A DNA stretch of 64,000 bases, filler included, from Sphacelaria rigidula (Eukaryota), in assembly GCA_964200075.2 (NCBI GenBank). It is 6 parts of 6 records of this genome, joined end to end, with 100 filler letters (N's around TTAATTAATTAA, not from the genome) between each part and the next. Parts side by side here need not be neighbours in the genome. Positions count along the whole stretch, not along the records: positions 42,761 to 53,348 come from CAXNAA020006234.1; positions 53,449 to 64,000 come from CAXNAA020006288.1; 4 more parts are not named here. The stretch is one strand, 5' to 3'. The position numbers and the translations under genes are program-made. Of the stretch, positions 49,201 to 61,613 are shown in pieces (the first letter of the stretch is position 1; every line of letters starts with the position of its first letter). The notes below the pieces were generated by a model. It saw nothing but the letters and a program-made list of their open reading frames with translations, was not told where the DNA came from and made no database searches.

Positions 49201-50331
49201 CTTGTTCTGTATAAAGGTTGTATTTTCGGTTTAATGAGCCCAACGTGGTTGGGTGACAATTTTTTCTCGTCGTTCATACCGTGAGAGTCGATATCCACGA
49301 AAGACTTCGAAAAATTCCATGTAGATTTTTTTTCCCAAGCCTTCCCCCCACTTTTACATTGCCGGGCCGCGTCATCGCGAGCGCCAATCTCGTTCAGAGA
49401 GAGACCAAAAACGTGGAATTGTGGTTGTGAGCGGTGTTTCTTTTTTTTACATTTTCCGTTTCCTGTTCGAAGCTGGGTTACCATAGCTGAGCCGATAGAT
49501 GGGTTTTATTTGCCAGTGTTTCGTCAGCCGAGGGGTACATAGCAGTGTTATCACCCCCTCGCTCTCCCTGAGTTGCCCTGAAGAGCTGTGTCCAACGTAC
49601 GTACATTAGTTCGCGCGGAAACTGAAGAGTATATGCGGAACACTTGTGGCCTCCCTCGGTGAACAAGTTGGAGTCGTACTCTCTGGTGATGGTGTGAAAG
49701 TTCGTTGACTTCACTTCGCCCGCTCTTTCGCTTTGTCATCTGTGCGAAACAAAACAGCGCCGGATGCGAGCCTTTCTCGATCTGGGAAGGACTGGACCCT
49801 AAGAGCGACGAGTACAAGCGACTGAAAGAGGAACGAGCCAAAGTACTCATGGATGCGGTGGAGGTGACATCAGTTTTTATCTCGGAGTGGCTTTTTATTG
49901 GTACTCGTTCCGCTGTACCGCTTGGAGTCGTGCCACTGCAAACCCACTCCAACGAAAGTTGCGCCGGTTTTAGCAGCGCTTATATTCGTTAATCCTCAGG
50001 GCGAGAGTTCCTACAATACAACAATGGTTGGGTTAGTTCGCGAACGACGTGGCCGGGACCGCCTCGTTGGGGTGGCGGCGTTTCAGATGATGTGGAAATA
50101 CTGGCTGAAGGTGTTGGTTGACATTGAACCTATTTCGGGGGTGTTAAAGAGAGATTAGTGCAGTATATTTTCAGCTCATTATTTTGTTTCTGTTATCATT
50201 CACAACAGACATTCTCAACGATCGCTTTTGTTGACGTCCGATTGCACCCCCTTTCCCGCGAGCAGGCTGTGTTCCCCAACTTGGAGAGCCGGCTGGATGT
50301 CCGACTGATTGGCACGCCGCTCACACACCAG
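43223..50331 (+). CDS. Carotenoid isomerase-like (CRTISO/CrtH, phytoene-desaturase superfamily) FAD oxidoreductase, internal exons
   Basis: Phase-consistent exons at 43223-43475, 45356-45515, 46840-47018, 47379-47717, 49758-49863 and 50266-50331: TWGVTLPEGYF...WLNLLCFLLQGLP...DWCRP|GVVLDYPKGGTEAMVDALVRG...VVSNASIWDT...SFMHVHLG...SIPSVLDPSLAPPGCHTVHAY...YKRLKEERA...IGTPLTHQ. N- and C-terminal exons were not found in the contig. Confidence 0.92.
46145..46250 (+). mobile_element. Family S 3' stub with C tail
   Basis: ttcgtagggatgcgaggtcatggtctcatgactacgagatgcaagatcatgagtatacccccccc. Confidence 0.75.
46413..46798. mobile_element. hAT-type MITE with 8-bp TSD
   Basis: TIRs tagaggtcgggaat / attttcgagctccg and a perfect TSD acaatcgg (46405-46412, 46799-46806). 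Family members at 54339-54719 and 61296-61613. Confidence 0.85.
48090..48285 (+). mobile_element. Two tandem RTE-type 3' stubs with (CAAT)n-like tails
   Basis: ...tgtgaccgctgctggacccctgagggccagttaaagtgcgacaatcaatcaacc. Similar stubs at about 14085-14180, 45725-45835 and 62100-62205, most after T-rich tracts. Confidence 0.6.
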
Positions 50332-53179
50332 GTGCGCAAAACGGAATTAAATATAGCGAGGGTCGGACAAATCAATGATTCCTTTGGAAATTGCTTGGTT
50401 TTAGTGTAATTGATTCGGATCGTACCAATTCCTAGGCTTTGTTTTCAGCGTTGCAACCCAGGTACACGCAGCCCAGACACGTGGAATGGCGTAAAAGTTG
50501 CGTGGATACTCCTTGGACCAGCGGTCAACATTTTCCTCCCTTTTGGGCAATCAGGCCGAAGAAATCGTGGGTTTGGTGATTTTTAGTCGTGATGATTCGT
50601 CCTAACCGTTAAATATAGCACCACTGTGTCTTCTACTCGCGTTTTTGCTGTGAAGTAGACCGGGCACTTGTCCTCCCCGCCGCCCCGCGCGTTAGCCTGG
50701 TCCGACGAGAACCCGGCGTGCCTCGTATCGGCTTTGTAGGGACGGACCCCCCATGGGGTTGGCGTCGGTTGGCAACGGCGCTGTAGACCACGCCACTCAC
50801 TACCTATGCTGGGCGACCAGGTTACCGTTTTTTTTGTGCGCTTGCGTTTTTTGCGGTAGCCATGGTGGTAGTCGAGGTAGATTATATTGTGCGGGGTGGG
50901 AGAAACTCGATTACGGGGGGGGGTGATCATACTACGTAGTGTCTGAAGAGTGATGTCGAGGCCGTGTGGAACCCGTGACTGTTATGGGCGCGCCTGACCC
51001 CCCAAAATGAGCCAAGAAAGTGTCACCGACTAAAAGCACGAACAGACCGCAGATCTTGTTCATCCCCTGAATATGCACGCCGTAAAATCACCTAAAGCAC
51101 TTCTGATTTGAGTGGGGTTTCCATTTCACGGTTTCGAAGTTTTCTCGTCCCGGAGTACGAACCACGGCGTCGCTCGCCTACCCACCGGCGTGTATTTGTG
51201 TAAGTTACGATGTTGGTGCTCAGTTTGGCGAAATAAGCGATGGTGATCGAGAAAATCGCAAAAAATCTATATTTTTTCCACTTAATTCGTTGTAAAACTC
51301 GGATGCTGGTGAATTAAAAAATTCCAAGCACCAAAGTTGTAGCCGTGGTTTTGGCGCAGGTGATGCAAATATTCGTTTCCCAATCGATGACCTTGGTCAG
51401 GAGTATTTTCTGAAACAAATTGGGCTATCAGCCCAAACGAGCGCCTCCAACACTCGCCAGTTTCCACGACATGCGAAAATTTCACCCCTGCCCAAGGGCC
51501 TCAGAATAGATACACCCATGAATGACTCTTGATAGCGCATATGGTTGATGCATTGCATGTGTGGAATGTTCGACAGGTGTAGAATTTGAAAGTTCGATCT
51601 AACCCCCCTAGAGGCTTTCGTGTCTACGGATATTTACCCCCATCTGTGCATCGCTTGTGATAGTGCCAAGAGTCGCGCTCGTTCTCCTGCATCCGGTGCC
51701 ATCACCACGCCACCATCGGTAGCGTAGATAAGATGGCAGCAAGTATGAACAAACTCTGAGCTGAAGAAAAGAAAGCCACAGAGCAAGCTGGCGTTCAAGA
51801 AGAGAGAGCAGTAGCCGCAATGGCAACACACTCCAACACCCGATATAGACATGATCATGAGTCGCACGAACGAAAGCAAAAATCATCTTTGCGACCTTGC
51901 AGCAGCGAAGCGAACAAATTATAAGACCAAACCTAACCCTAACCACAACAAGGGCATACCGAGAATCCTCGGGCAAGGCGGGTGCAACGTGTTCCCTAAG
52001 CGAAGTGTGCGTTGGCAGACCTCAAATCGGTGCCCCAGGCCCCGATTCAGACAAAAACGCGTTGTGGGCATGCTAGGAGCATGCTAGGAGCACAGCTCCC
52101 ATGAAAAGATCCGGATTTCCGGGTTCACACTCAAATCAAGATGGACCAATTTACCCTCCCGAATGGTGAGCTATATACAGCGTCAAGACGACACAAAAGA
52201 CAGCATGAAGCCGTCGGCCCACTTTTGCTGAAGTCACATGGCACCGAAGCCTCATTCATGCCTTCCAGTGCACCAACCCGTCCTAAGACACGCGTCCGTT
52301 GTATCGGCAGTGGTGGGTGACGGCCGACGGTTTTTCATTCCCTCTTGGAACACGATATCTTGGGAGTCCGATGAAAATCGTGCATATTCATGAAATGAAA
52401 AGGCATACCCACGGAACAACAAATACACTTGCACAGGGCGAGTCATTCATCCGCTAAAGTTGTAGAACGATGTGGTCCGATACATCAAACTCCTCAAAAC
52501 ATGACGAGGAAGTCGACCAACATCCGCCCAGCCTACATGACACACCCGATGTAAGGGCCGTCCTCATTGAAGTTCATCAGTACATATGATTCTGTCGCAT
52601 TTTGAGCATATGAGTTTGCTCCAATTTTCAATCCGCGTTCCATAAAATAAATGGTCCAGCGTTCCGGTTTCAGTTACTGTACCGGCGTTGGGCAACAAAT
52701 GTTCATGGTTGATATTACTTGGTTTGAGTGTGCACAACGAGAATCGGAATTTAGGTAGGACTGGCAGTCCCGTCGGCTCCTCGTGTGAGCAGAACGTGTT
52801 TTCGTTGAAATCGGCGCCACAGGCGTAGATTTGGGCTCTACCAAGGCCTCACTTTGTTTAGAGGATGTATGTACCGCCCTTGCTCGAGGGTTCTCGGTGT
52901 GCGTTGGGTTGGGTCAACCCAACTAGCCTCCTAGCATCCCAGCGTATCGCAAGCGCGGACGAAAAGCGACGCAGTGGCATGCAAAATATGAGGAACACCA
53001 AGGGAAGTAGCGGTAGGGTTCTCCATATGAATTTTTGATCCATGTCGTTCTCTTCCGATGACGTAGGGCGTATTTTACCCGACGGGCCTAGATAAGCCCC
53101 AAAAGTCGATCTGTTCGTGTCTTTTCGTGGTTTCGGTCGGTGACACTTTTTTTGCCCATTTTGGGGGGTCAGGCGCGCC

Positions 53180-53348
53180 CATAACTGTCTCTGGAAGTGG
53201 CGATACCAGAAAATAGAGCAACTCATTGGAGGCTGTCATCCGAATGCAAGATAGTTAGTACGCATCGGGCTGGACAATCTTCGCAGGATGCAGCTCACCC
53301 TTCATGCGGCTCGCCGAACACATCACGGCGCTTCGTGCTTGGTGATTG
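53180..53348 (+). mobile_element. Family S body, cut by the contig end
   Basis: ctgtctctggaagtggcgataccagaaaat...gcaggatgcagctcaccc...gtgcttggtgattg. Confidence 0.75.
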
Positions 53349-53448
53349 NNNNNNNNNNNNNNNNNNNNNNNNNNNNNNNNNNNNNNNNNNNNTTAATTAA
53401 TTAANNNNNNNNNNNNNNNNNNNNNNNNNNNNNNNNNNNNNNNNNNNN
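53349..53448. other. Artificial contig linker
   Basis: N44-TTAATTAATTAA-N44. Confidence 0.97.
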
Positions 53449-53544
53449 ATATGCTCAAGTCGAGCTGATTTGGTAAAACCTGACGAGTTATGGTTGGAGA
53501 TGCAAATGCGGCACTCTTGGCTGGCCCAGCCTGTAGGTCAATTT

Positions 53545-53584
<40 letters not shown>
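53545..53584. repeat. (TTG)n microsatellite
   Basis: Read directly. Confidence 0.9.
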
Positions 53585-54338
53585 CAGAAGGACCACCGTG
53601 AACAAAAGCGTGGAAAGGTGCTGATGGTTCCTCTCGCGGACAGCTTTGCAAACCTGCGTTGGAAATTTCAACGCCCTGGACAAAAAATAACACTGTCAAA
53701 AGTGTACTGCGGGTGGATCGACTGTTGCGTCTACTGCAATAGACAAAATGTTCAATACTGTACGTAGTCCACTGTTGAATAATGTGATCTGTTGTCCCGT
53801 GTGTGAAAAATCTCCCTCAAGTGTGCGCTCTCAGTCCCTGAAGAAGAAACGTTGCATGATTGGAAAAAAACAAAACAAAAACAGTCGTACTGTTCGGAGT
53901 TGGTAGCATTGAAAAAATCTTCCGCACTGAGGGCAGATCATTTAGTCCATGCCTACATCGTACAGCCCGGACAAAAATGGTATCGCGTTTGATATAATAG
54001 ATGGATATTCCGAGGTTGTGTTCTGTTGGGTATACTGGCTAAAATTCGGGTATTAGCATAAGTATATAAGGGGCATTTTTTCTCAGCAAATACCCTTCTG
54101 AACCGTAATGGAGTGTTAAAACAGGCGGAGCACACATGGGACAATATATGATCAATAGTGCAATGAGCCTATACTTTACGCAGTACATTTTTTGTCTAAT
54201 GCAACTATTGACCATATAATGTTCAAGGTGTAAACCATACCGAGGTGTTCAATATACATTTCGGTATCGTTTTAGTATGCCAACCAGAAATTCCCCACTC
54301 CTGGATTTACCCTATAGAAAATGATCTTGGGAATATCT

Positions 54339-54719
54339 TGGAGTTGTAACTGACCATTATCACAATAATGGTGATGGTTGTAAGAATTTTTGGATCATGG
54401 TTTCAAACTATTATTCACCGTTACCGGCTACAAGGCCATTACTGACTACAAAGCCATTACCGGCTACGTATGCTACATACAGCCCTTGAAAGTTGGCCCA
54501 AAATTCACGTATTTTGTAGCTCTAGTAAAGCCAAATTGCGTAAAAACGGGCCTCCGACACGGCGCCTCCAGTGGGCTTTCCAGGGACGCCTCCGGCGGGG
54601 CACCCCCTGCGGGGGGGGGGGGGGGGGGGGTTCTCGGCTCGCAGCTCTGCCGCTCGATGGCCAAACTATTATGTACCATTATATTGGTTGACGGTTGAAC
54701 AAACCATTTCCGAGCTCTA
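54339..54719. mobile_element. hAT-type MITE
   Basis: Right TIR catttccgagctcta; near-perfect 8-bp TSD gaatatct/gaatatgt. Inverted relative to 61296-61613. Confidence 0.72.
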
Positions 54720-55102
54720 GAATATGTAGCATAGACTCTCCTCGATTAAACACTAGTAGTAGGGAAAGACAGCACTTGCGTAAACAGGTCCGTCGGCCCG
54801 CGTATATTTCGCATCCTTAGTCGCCACTACTAGCAGTATGCGGACATCAGGTCAGGAAGGAAGATTTGTGTGGTGAGGTGAAGTCATGAAGAGTATGTGA
54901 GTGTGTCCATGAAGGAGGGACGCATACGTCATGTAGGTCATGAAGTCATACTCCAGAGGCTTTCCCTATACTAGAACACATTGCTTTTAACAACAGCGAC
55001 GTACTACTGTGCCAGGGAGGTGCAATACATTTTGTTCGTGCATAGATCTGATGGTGTTGAGGAGTGAGGCTGGGATAGCCCTCCCCCGCCCCTCTCCCGC
55101 CC

Positions 55103-55270
55103 TGTGCTCCACGTGCTCCGTCTCGAAAGGGATGCGAGGTCAATGGCCACACGACTAAGGCAAGCAACAAATGAGTACGCCCCTCCCTCTCCCGCCCCAC
55201 ATTCCGTCTCGCAAGGTATGCGTAGTCAATGGCTACACGACTCAAGCAAGCTACAGATAAGTACGCCCGC
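55103..55270 (+). mobile_element. Two adjacent family L 3' stubs; the first has a 13-bp TSD
   Basis: TSD ccctctcccgccc at 55090-55102 and 55185-55197. Confidence 0.85.
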
Positions 55271-55892
55271 GCTTCATTCCCCCGAAGCAACCCTCACGAC
55301 TGGGATGACGAAAGCGACCATACGGTGCATGCAGCACCTCATGTGGGCGACATTGGCGAAAACGATCCCAAGCGTCGGAGTTCCCAGCTGCTCGGATGTG
55401 CTCGGCTTTTTTTATCATTATGATAGGCATGAAGGTATCGCCTCCTCAAACCGGGCACTTTTCTGATGAGGGCTATCGCGAGATCACACTAGATTGGTCC
55501 ACGTTCCCGTCTCTAGCGTTGATCGACTTGGCGGGTACCCTCGGTCGTGCATGTACTTGACATGTCATCACATCACACAGTACAGAATGATATGCAATAG
55601 ATGGTGGGAGAAAATAATGAAATTGTATTCTCCTCCATCAACGGAAGACGATAGTTTTTCTGCGACAGCCTTTTCAGCGCAAAATAAATGTTTTTTGCGC
55701 GGCTGGCGCCAGCGACTCATGTTCATTTTACAGGCTGTGTTTGTGAGGCAAAAGGGTTCCGAGCAGCAGCAAAACGAAGGAATACGCCAAAAGTAGAGTT
55801 ACTGCTACCGTACAATCGCCGCAGAGTGTTGTGCCGCGCGCTCTCATGGATCATTTCGCATGACGCCGTCACTCCCATTTGACTCGAGGTTT

Positions 55893-55966
55893 TACTCATG
55901 AGACTTTTGACCTCGCATCCCTACGAAGCCGGGACGGAGCACGCCGGGTTTACGCCGGATCAGGCT
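55893..55966 (-). mobile_element. Family S 3' fragment
   Basis: ttgacctcgcatccctacgaagccgggacggagcacgccgggttt is the reverse complement of the S 3' body. Confidence 0.7.
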
Positions 55967-58059
55967 CTGGGGGGAATTTTTTGCAGTCGCCGTTGTCTTG
56001 ATGTTTCCCTCATTGTTTTCCGTTTTGCCCTGTATCGGAGTCTCGGAAGAGGTCGCCCAATTAGTGCCTTTATCTCATTTAAGGAAAAGTAGGGACGGTA
56101 CTGGAAAGGCAAGCCCACGTCCGTGATGGCGAGCTCGAGATATCGAGTTTATGTGCAGGAAATAATAGTCATGACAAGAGGAATAATCTGATACACCCTG
56201 ATGTCACTATTTGGGCAACCGAGGTAAACAAGAACAAAAAAGAAACATGACTGAGCCTAACCGTAAGCAAGATCGATCTGAAATTTAGTCTGCGGGTTGT
56301 TGATTGATACCGACGTAAGAAAAGTGACACCCGTTTTGGCACCCGAATTGTCGTTCGAAAGCTGTTCTCAGGATCTGTTTTTTCTTGACTTGTGAAATAA
56401 GGTATTGGATTTTCGAAGCGTTTCTCACTGCACATATCCTGGTTCGGAGTTTCGGACTTCGAGTTTTGGAGAGTTTTTTTTTGTCAATTTTTCCGTTGTC
56501 TTTCTTGAGTGTCTTCGCTTGCCACCGCTCATCCTAGTAACATTGAGTGATGCCAAAGTTTGGTGACGGGGAGATACTAGGTATCTGCTCCATGTTCCCC
56601 CCCCCCCAAAAAAAAAATCATCTCTGTACTCAACATTGAACGAGCTACGGCCTACCGGTTTTCGGAGTTCCTGCGACTATCAGCCTCAGGTTCTGACCCT
56701 TGGGTATTCTCGCTCGATTGAAGCAATTCCGATGGTCCTCGTGAAAAAGAGCTGAGTAATGTTTTCATCAAATTTTCACCTATTCATTGCGGTAGAGTGG
56801 GAAAACTGTGTTGTTTTTTACCAGTGACGGTCGATAACACCGCTTGATATATAAGGTACTTTCTCCGTGTCACCCTGACAGCACCAACTGAGGATTGATC
56901 TTGCAGACCTTCATTTTCAAGTTTCACCTATTCATCGCGCTGGAGTCGAAAATTAGTGTGTTCTGGACCAAAAACGGTCAAGAGCACGTCATATCAATTC
57001 TGCCAGTAAGTCGTTCAATATTGAGCGCATAGATGATTTGTGTTGTGGAGTGTGGGGCGGATGCCTAGTATCTCTCGACCCTGGAATATCAAACGTTTAC
57101 TGAGATAAGCGGTTGCACTCGAAAAAACTGTAGAAGAATCGTCAACTGCGGGGAAGAAGAAAAAAACAGCTCGAAGCTACTATAATTACGATACAGGAGG
57201 TGGCACAGACTGAAAAAGGCGAAAGTATCCTTTTTATTTATACTTACTCTGTGCCATGAGTAAAGGTTTTTATAATTGCACCGACCCTGAATGGTGTGAT
57301 ATTTGATTTCCGACCTTTTTGTTGCACTCGTCGGCGTTGTTTTAGCTAAAACCAACATCCTTTGTACAACGTGTGTGCTTGACCCATGCAGCCGCGCGAC
57401 CGAGGAAAAGTAGGTCGGTCCAAAAACGGTCATTTTCCGCTCGTTTTCCCAGGAAAGCATGAGAGACCCGGGAGCACGAAAAATCGCAAAAAATGGTCCA
57501 GAAAATGTGAAGATAGCGAAATCACAATTGATTTTGGACATGTCCGTGATCTTCACCTACGCACGCCCCCATCCAACATTTTGTTCGCATATAATTGCTA
57601 GGGCTCGACGTGAAAACGTCGAAAAGTGGTCATTGATGGGGGTTCAAATTCGTTAAAAAGTGTCAAAATGGGGTATATTCTGACATGATTTCAGCGATGA
57701 ATACAAGTTTTTTTCATCAGCTTCGTCTGCGCTTTACCTCTCTAACGAACCAAAGCATAGAATGATTATCAACGTTGAAATACTCAAAAGATTTAACGCC
57801 TTTAAGGACCTTCACTTATGACACAGAGGATGTGTCTGTGGTTGATGTCCAAGCGGTCAAAAATGGTTTCATTTTCAGCTGGGCGATACTGTGCAATTTT
57901 GTAGAACCTAATGGATCATTCCACGAATCAATACTATCGAAGTCGTCACCCCACCGTCAGACCTTTTCCCCCAACTAGAAATTTACTGGAAAGACGCATG
58001 ATTGATCTGGGAAGCACGCTCTAACGATCGGGGAACTCGCATGCCCCCACCCCCACCCC

Positions 58060-58260
58060 TCAATGACAGGGAAATGTGGGAAGTACACGAAGGTGGCATG
58101 AAATCGTTTGGTACATTAGATAGCAAGGAGAAAACAATCGGTATACCAGGAGATAGATGGTCAACGTTGGGTCTATCACGAGCAGGAACGGTACTCCGTC
58201 CCAAGTGAGGGGTGCGTGGTACTTGGTCAACTGACTAAGGCAGCACTACATGAGTACGCT
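58060..58260 (+). mobile_element. Family L 3' fragment following a C-run
   Basis: cgaaggtggcatgaaatcgtttg...ggagatagatgg...ggtgcgtggt...gactaaggcagcactacatgagtacgc. Confidence 0.7.
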
Positions 58261-58447
58261 GCGTCAAGAACGTTGAAACCCCGTAACATGTCAGCGGATG
58301 GAGGTGTTCCGACACGATGCGGGAGGTAAATGGGGTCACACGCACTCTGCGCTGTAGCTGACGAGCTTTTCCCTGCTTGCTAACAGCATCATCTCCACCG
58401 TACACACTCGACGATGGACAACGTTGTTAAGAAGTGTACTGCGTACA

Positions 58448-60394
58448 GTTATGGGTGGGACTGGAGGGCCTAACGACCAAAAATCAGCGGCAAACTAAAA
58501 AAAACAGAAGTGCGGAGGAATAATGAACACGTCAGTAGGTGGTCAAACCTGTGCCGAGGCCCTCTCGAGCAGAACGCACGCTTAATCACTTATAAACTTG
58601 GTTTAATATGGGACAGCTCTAGCACGGGAGATCGCGCGGTTCTCGATCCAAAAGGCGAGCCAGCCCACGGCACTTCACACTCCCCCGCATACACACACAA
58701 GATCTAGAGGATTCTAATTCACATTTTCCTGGCGTCGCGCCAGCAGCGAGAAACCCCCCTCCTAGAGCGCTAAACACCTCATTTTCGTACGTTTGGGTTC
58801 GTTACGGCTCAGTATCACGCTCAAATGAAAAAGTAAGATAGATTGACCTAGCTTGGGTGTGTGGGAAGCGCACGCAAGAAACTGCAGTCCGATCCTCTGC
58901 TTCGTCGTCGAGTTCTACGCGTTGCGCGATTGGCACTTTTGGGTTCAGGATTAGTATCTAGCGCTATTAGAGGTCCAACATCGCAAATTAAAAAAAAAAG
59001 ATTCGGTGCCCATTTTGTTTTTTCTCGCCTCAAGTTGTCACGAAATTCAGTTTGGTTGCGTATCGGCAGGCGCTGCTGCTTAGTTCTGTGCGGCTGTGCA
59101 CAAAAGGCAATTTCGCCTTTCAACAGCGAGTATTCCTAAAAGTGTCGAATTTCAGAGGGGGAGTTCACGGAAGAGAGACAAAGCTAGCGGCTGCTTCGTG
59201 TCAGAGCTCTAGGGCAGAAGCCGAGGCTTCTAGAGCGATTGTAGTACTTACACCGCCTTACATCTGCTGGTGACTGTTGTTATCATGTACTTGGTAATTG
59301 TCTTTTTTACAATATATCAATGTAAGATTGAGATGCAAACTATGCGACGGTCGACAGCTTTGTTTTGGGCTGCATATTTTTTTCTTGCAGCGAGCAGTGT
59401 GTGACGGTGTTTCACTTTGTGGCGTGCCGCCAGGTGCTGCTTCGTTCTGTACGGCTGTGCACAAGGAGAAAATTAGCCTTTCAACAGCGAGTACCCTTCA
59501 TGTGTTGAGTTGCAGAGAGCGTCGTAACACATGAACTTCGGCTGTTAGATCTGAGGGTTCCAGCGGAGAAACCAGGGCGCCAAGGACGATTTTTATGTTA
59601 GACTACACACTATGTATGAACAGGTCAGCAGAGCCACGGTGTTTCAACTGACTGCCTGTATATATTGAAAATAACATCTAAACCATGCGATTTACACCAA
59701 CTTGCATCTTCGACCAAATGCTATTTTTTGGCACCAATGCCACGACATTTGCTTTGGTGGCGGTCCGCTATGTGCTGCTCTGTTCTGTGGGGATTTGTAC
59801 AAAAGACAACCTCACTTATCATGAGCCAATGCCCCCTTTACCCCTTGGCTTGTAGAGGACGAGTTCACCGATTAAACACGACCGTCTTCTCACAGACGTT
59901 TTCGAGACAGAACCCAAGGGATGCGCAACGCTGCTGCTCATGGTATCCAAATTCCCGTACTTTCTCGTTTTAGCACGATGTCAGGCACGCCTTTCGCTGC
60001 AGATGCGTTGGTGTGTGGCGGCCACACTTGCTGCTGTTCGTCTTCTTGTCGTGTTATCTTCGCAATGGTAGTAAGCGTGGGGTGGCACCTCGGGGGCGTG
60101 CGCTTCCCGAGTAGTACAGCAACTGAACACTGGTGCACCAAGAGTTTCCACCCACTGATCTGGAGCGAGTTATCCGGAGGAACAATGTCATTCCAACACC
60201 GAGCACTCACAAGCTTGAAGATATGTATAATGTTTATCGTACATTTTGTATGAGCCAGGTCGTTTCTAGGTGACGCATGTATTTTTGATTGATATGATTC
60301 GCCTGATTACGGTCCAGTTCTTACGCATATAGCGTTCGTGATCCATTTTTTAGAAATATAGTACCCGAAATCGGACCCCAGTCCCACCCATAAC
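58448..60394. mobile_element. Putative non-autonomous TIR element with internal diverged repeats
   Basis: Perfect 17-bp inverted repeat gttatgggtgggactgg (58448-58464) / ccagtcccacccataac (60378-60394). Three internal copies of tgctgct..gttctgt near 59070, 59435 and 59772. Confidence 0.5.
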
Positions 60395-60826
60395 AGAGTA
60401 GAATCTTTTGTCTACTGCGTACAGTGTAAAATCTATTTTTTTTGCATTAGGTGTAGTAGTCAATACTGTACGCAGTAGAATTTTTGACAAGAAAAAAAAC
60501 ATTTTCCAGGGTGTGCTTCACTGACAGATCATACTTGGCCGTATACTAGAGGATTCCAAGGGTATACAGCCGAAAAGGCTTAATGTTCTCGAGTAACCGG
60601 TGAACTTACTGGCGAACTTACTGAGTAATATAGAGTTCCTCTGGTACTCGCGCTCCGAAATACCCAGTCTGGTACGCGGGTAAAGAGTACCAGTAATGAG
60701 TACTTTGGATCCTCACGGTAGAGAATGTTGACAACACTCCATATTTCACGGTACCTCGGGTACCCATTCTTATAAAGTACACGATTTTGCAAGGTTGTGT
60801 TCTAAAGGGTATACCCGGAAAAGTCA

Positions 60827-61195
60827 GTCGCCCCAGTGGCTCAGTTGGTAACCTCGAAACCCTCTGACGGTTGGGTCGTGGGTTCGAATCTTGGAGCGAT
60901 CTGGGATTTTTTTCTCACACAATTCCCAACAGTGGAGAGCGACCATGTCGTGGGTACACAATATTAGACATGATGGTCGACGAGGGAAACATGATGGTCG
61001 ACGAGGGAAAGGGACTGCTAAACCCCTCTCGTGATAAAAGTTAAAGGCAAGCATCGCACAAGGAAGGTGGAGATTCAAACAAACGAAAAAGAAATAACTC
61101 CTTTGTTGACCTCTCTCCTGTGTGACGCCGGCTGGTACGCCCACATAAACCGAAAGGTGTAGACCGTCGTCCAGAATAGATGAGACCACAACACA
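60827..61195 (+). mobile_element. tRNA-derived SINE
   Basis: Pol III A box tggctcagttgg (60837-60848) and B box ggttcgaatc (60881-60890), followed by a non-tRNA body and CA-rich tail. Four copies in the window; 21-bp internal tandem duplication at 60968-61009. Confidence 0.85.
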
Positions 61196-61295
61196 TCTAA
61201 ACCATACCGAGATATGTACGGAATATTCCGGTATGGCCCGGCAGGATGTCGAGCCTTGCCCCGACCAATCCGGTATGATTTGGAAGGGCATTTAC

Positions 61296-61613
61296 TAGAG
61301 CTCGGACATGGTTCATCTAGCCATCAACCAGTTGAATGGTTACGCGTAGCGCAACCATTAACCATGTAAATGGTACGCGATGGTTTGGTCATCGAGCGGC
61401 GCAGCCACGAACCAAGAAGCTCCCCCCCCTCCCCCCCGAGGCAAGGGGGGCCTCGCCGGAAGGACTCCCGAAGGGTCGCGCTGGAGGCGTCGTGTTTTTA
61501 CGCGATTTAGCTTCACGAGAGCTAGAAAATACGTTGAATTTGGGCCAATTTTCAAGGGCTGTAGCATACGTACCCGGTAACGGTATTATAACTGGTATCA
61601 TTTCCGAGCTCTA
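61296..61613. mobile_element. hAT-type MITE
   Basis: TIRs tagagctcggacatg / catttccgagctcta; same family as 46413 and 54339. Confidence 0.78.

Noticed and set aside
55295-55360. TGMTKATIRCMQHLMW as a myosin post-P-loop exon
   Set aside because: No GESGAGKT, no suitable splice acceptor, and it directly follows retroposon stubs
60827-60900. Functional tRNA gene
   Set aside because: A and B boxes are present, but there is no convincing acceptor-stem closure, and the head is fused to a multi-copy body, i.e. a SINE
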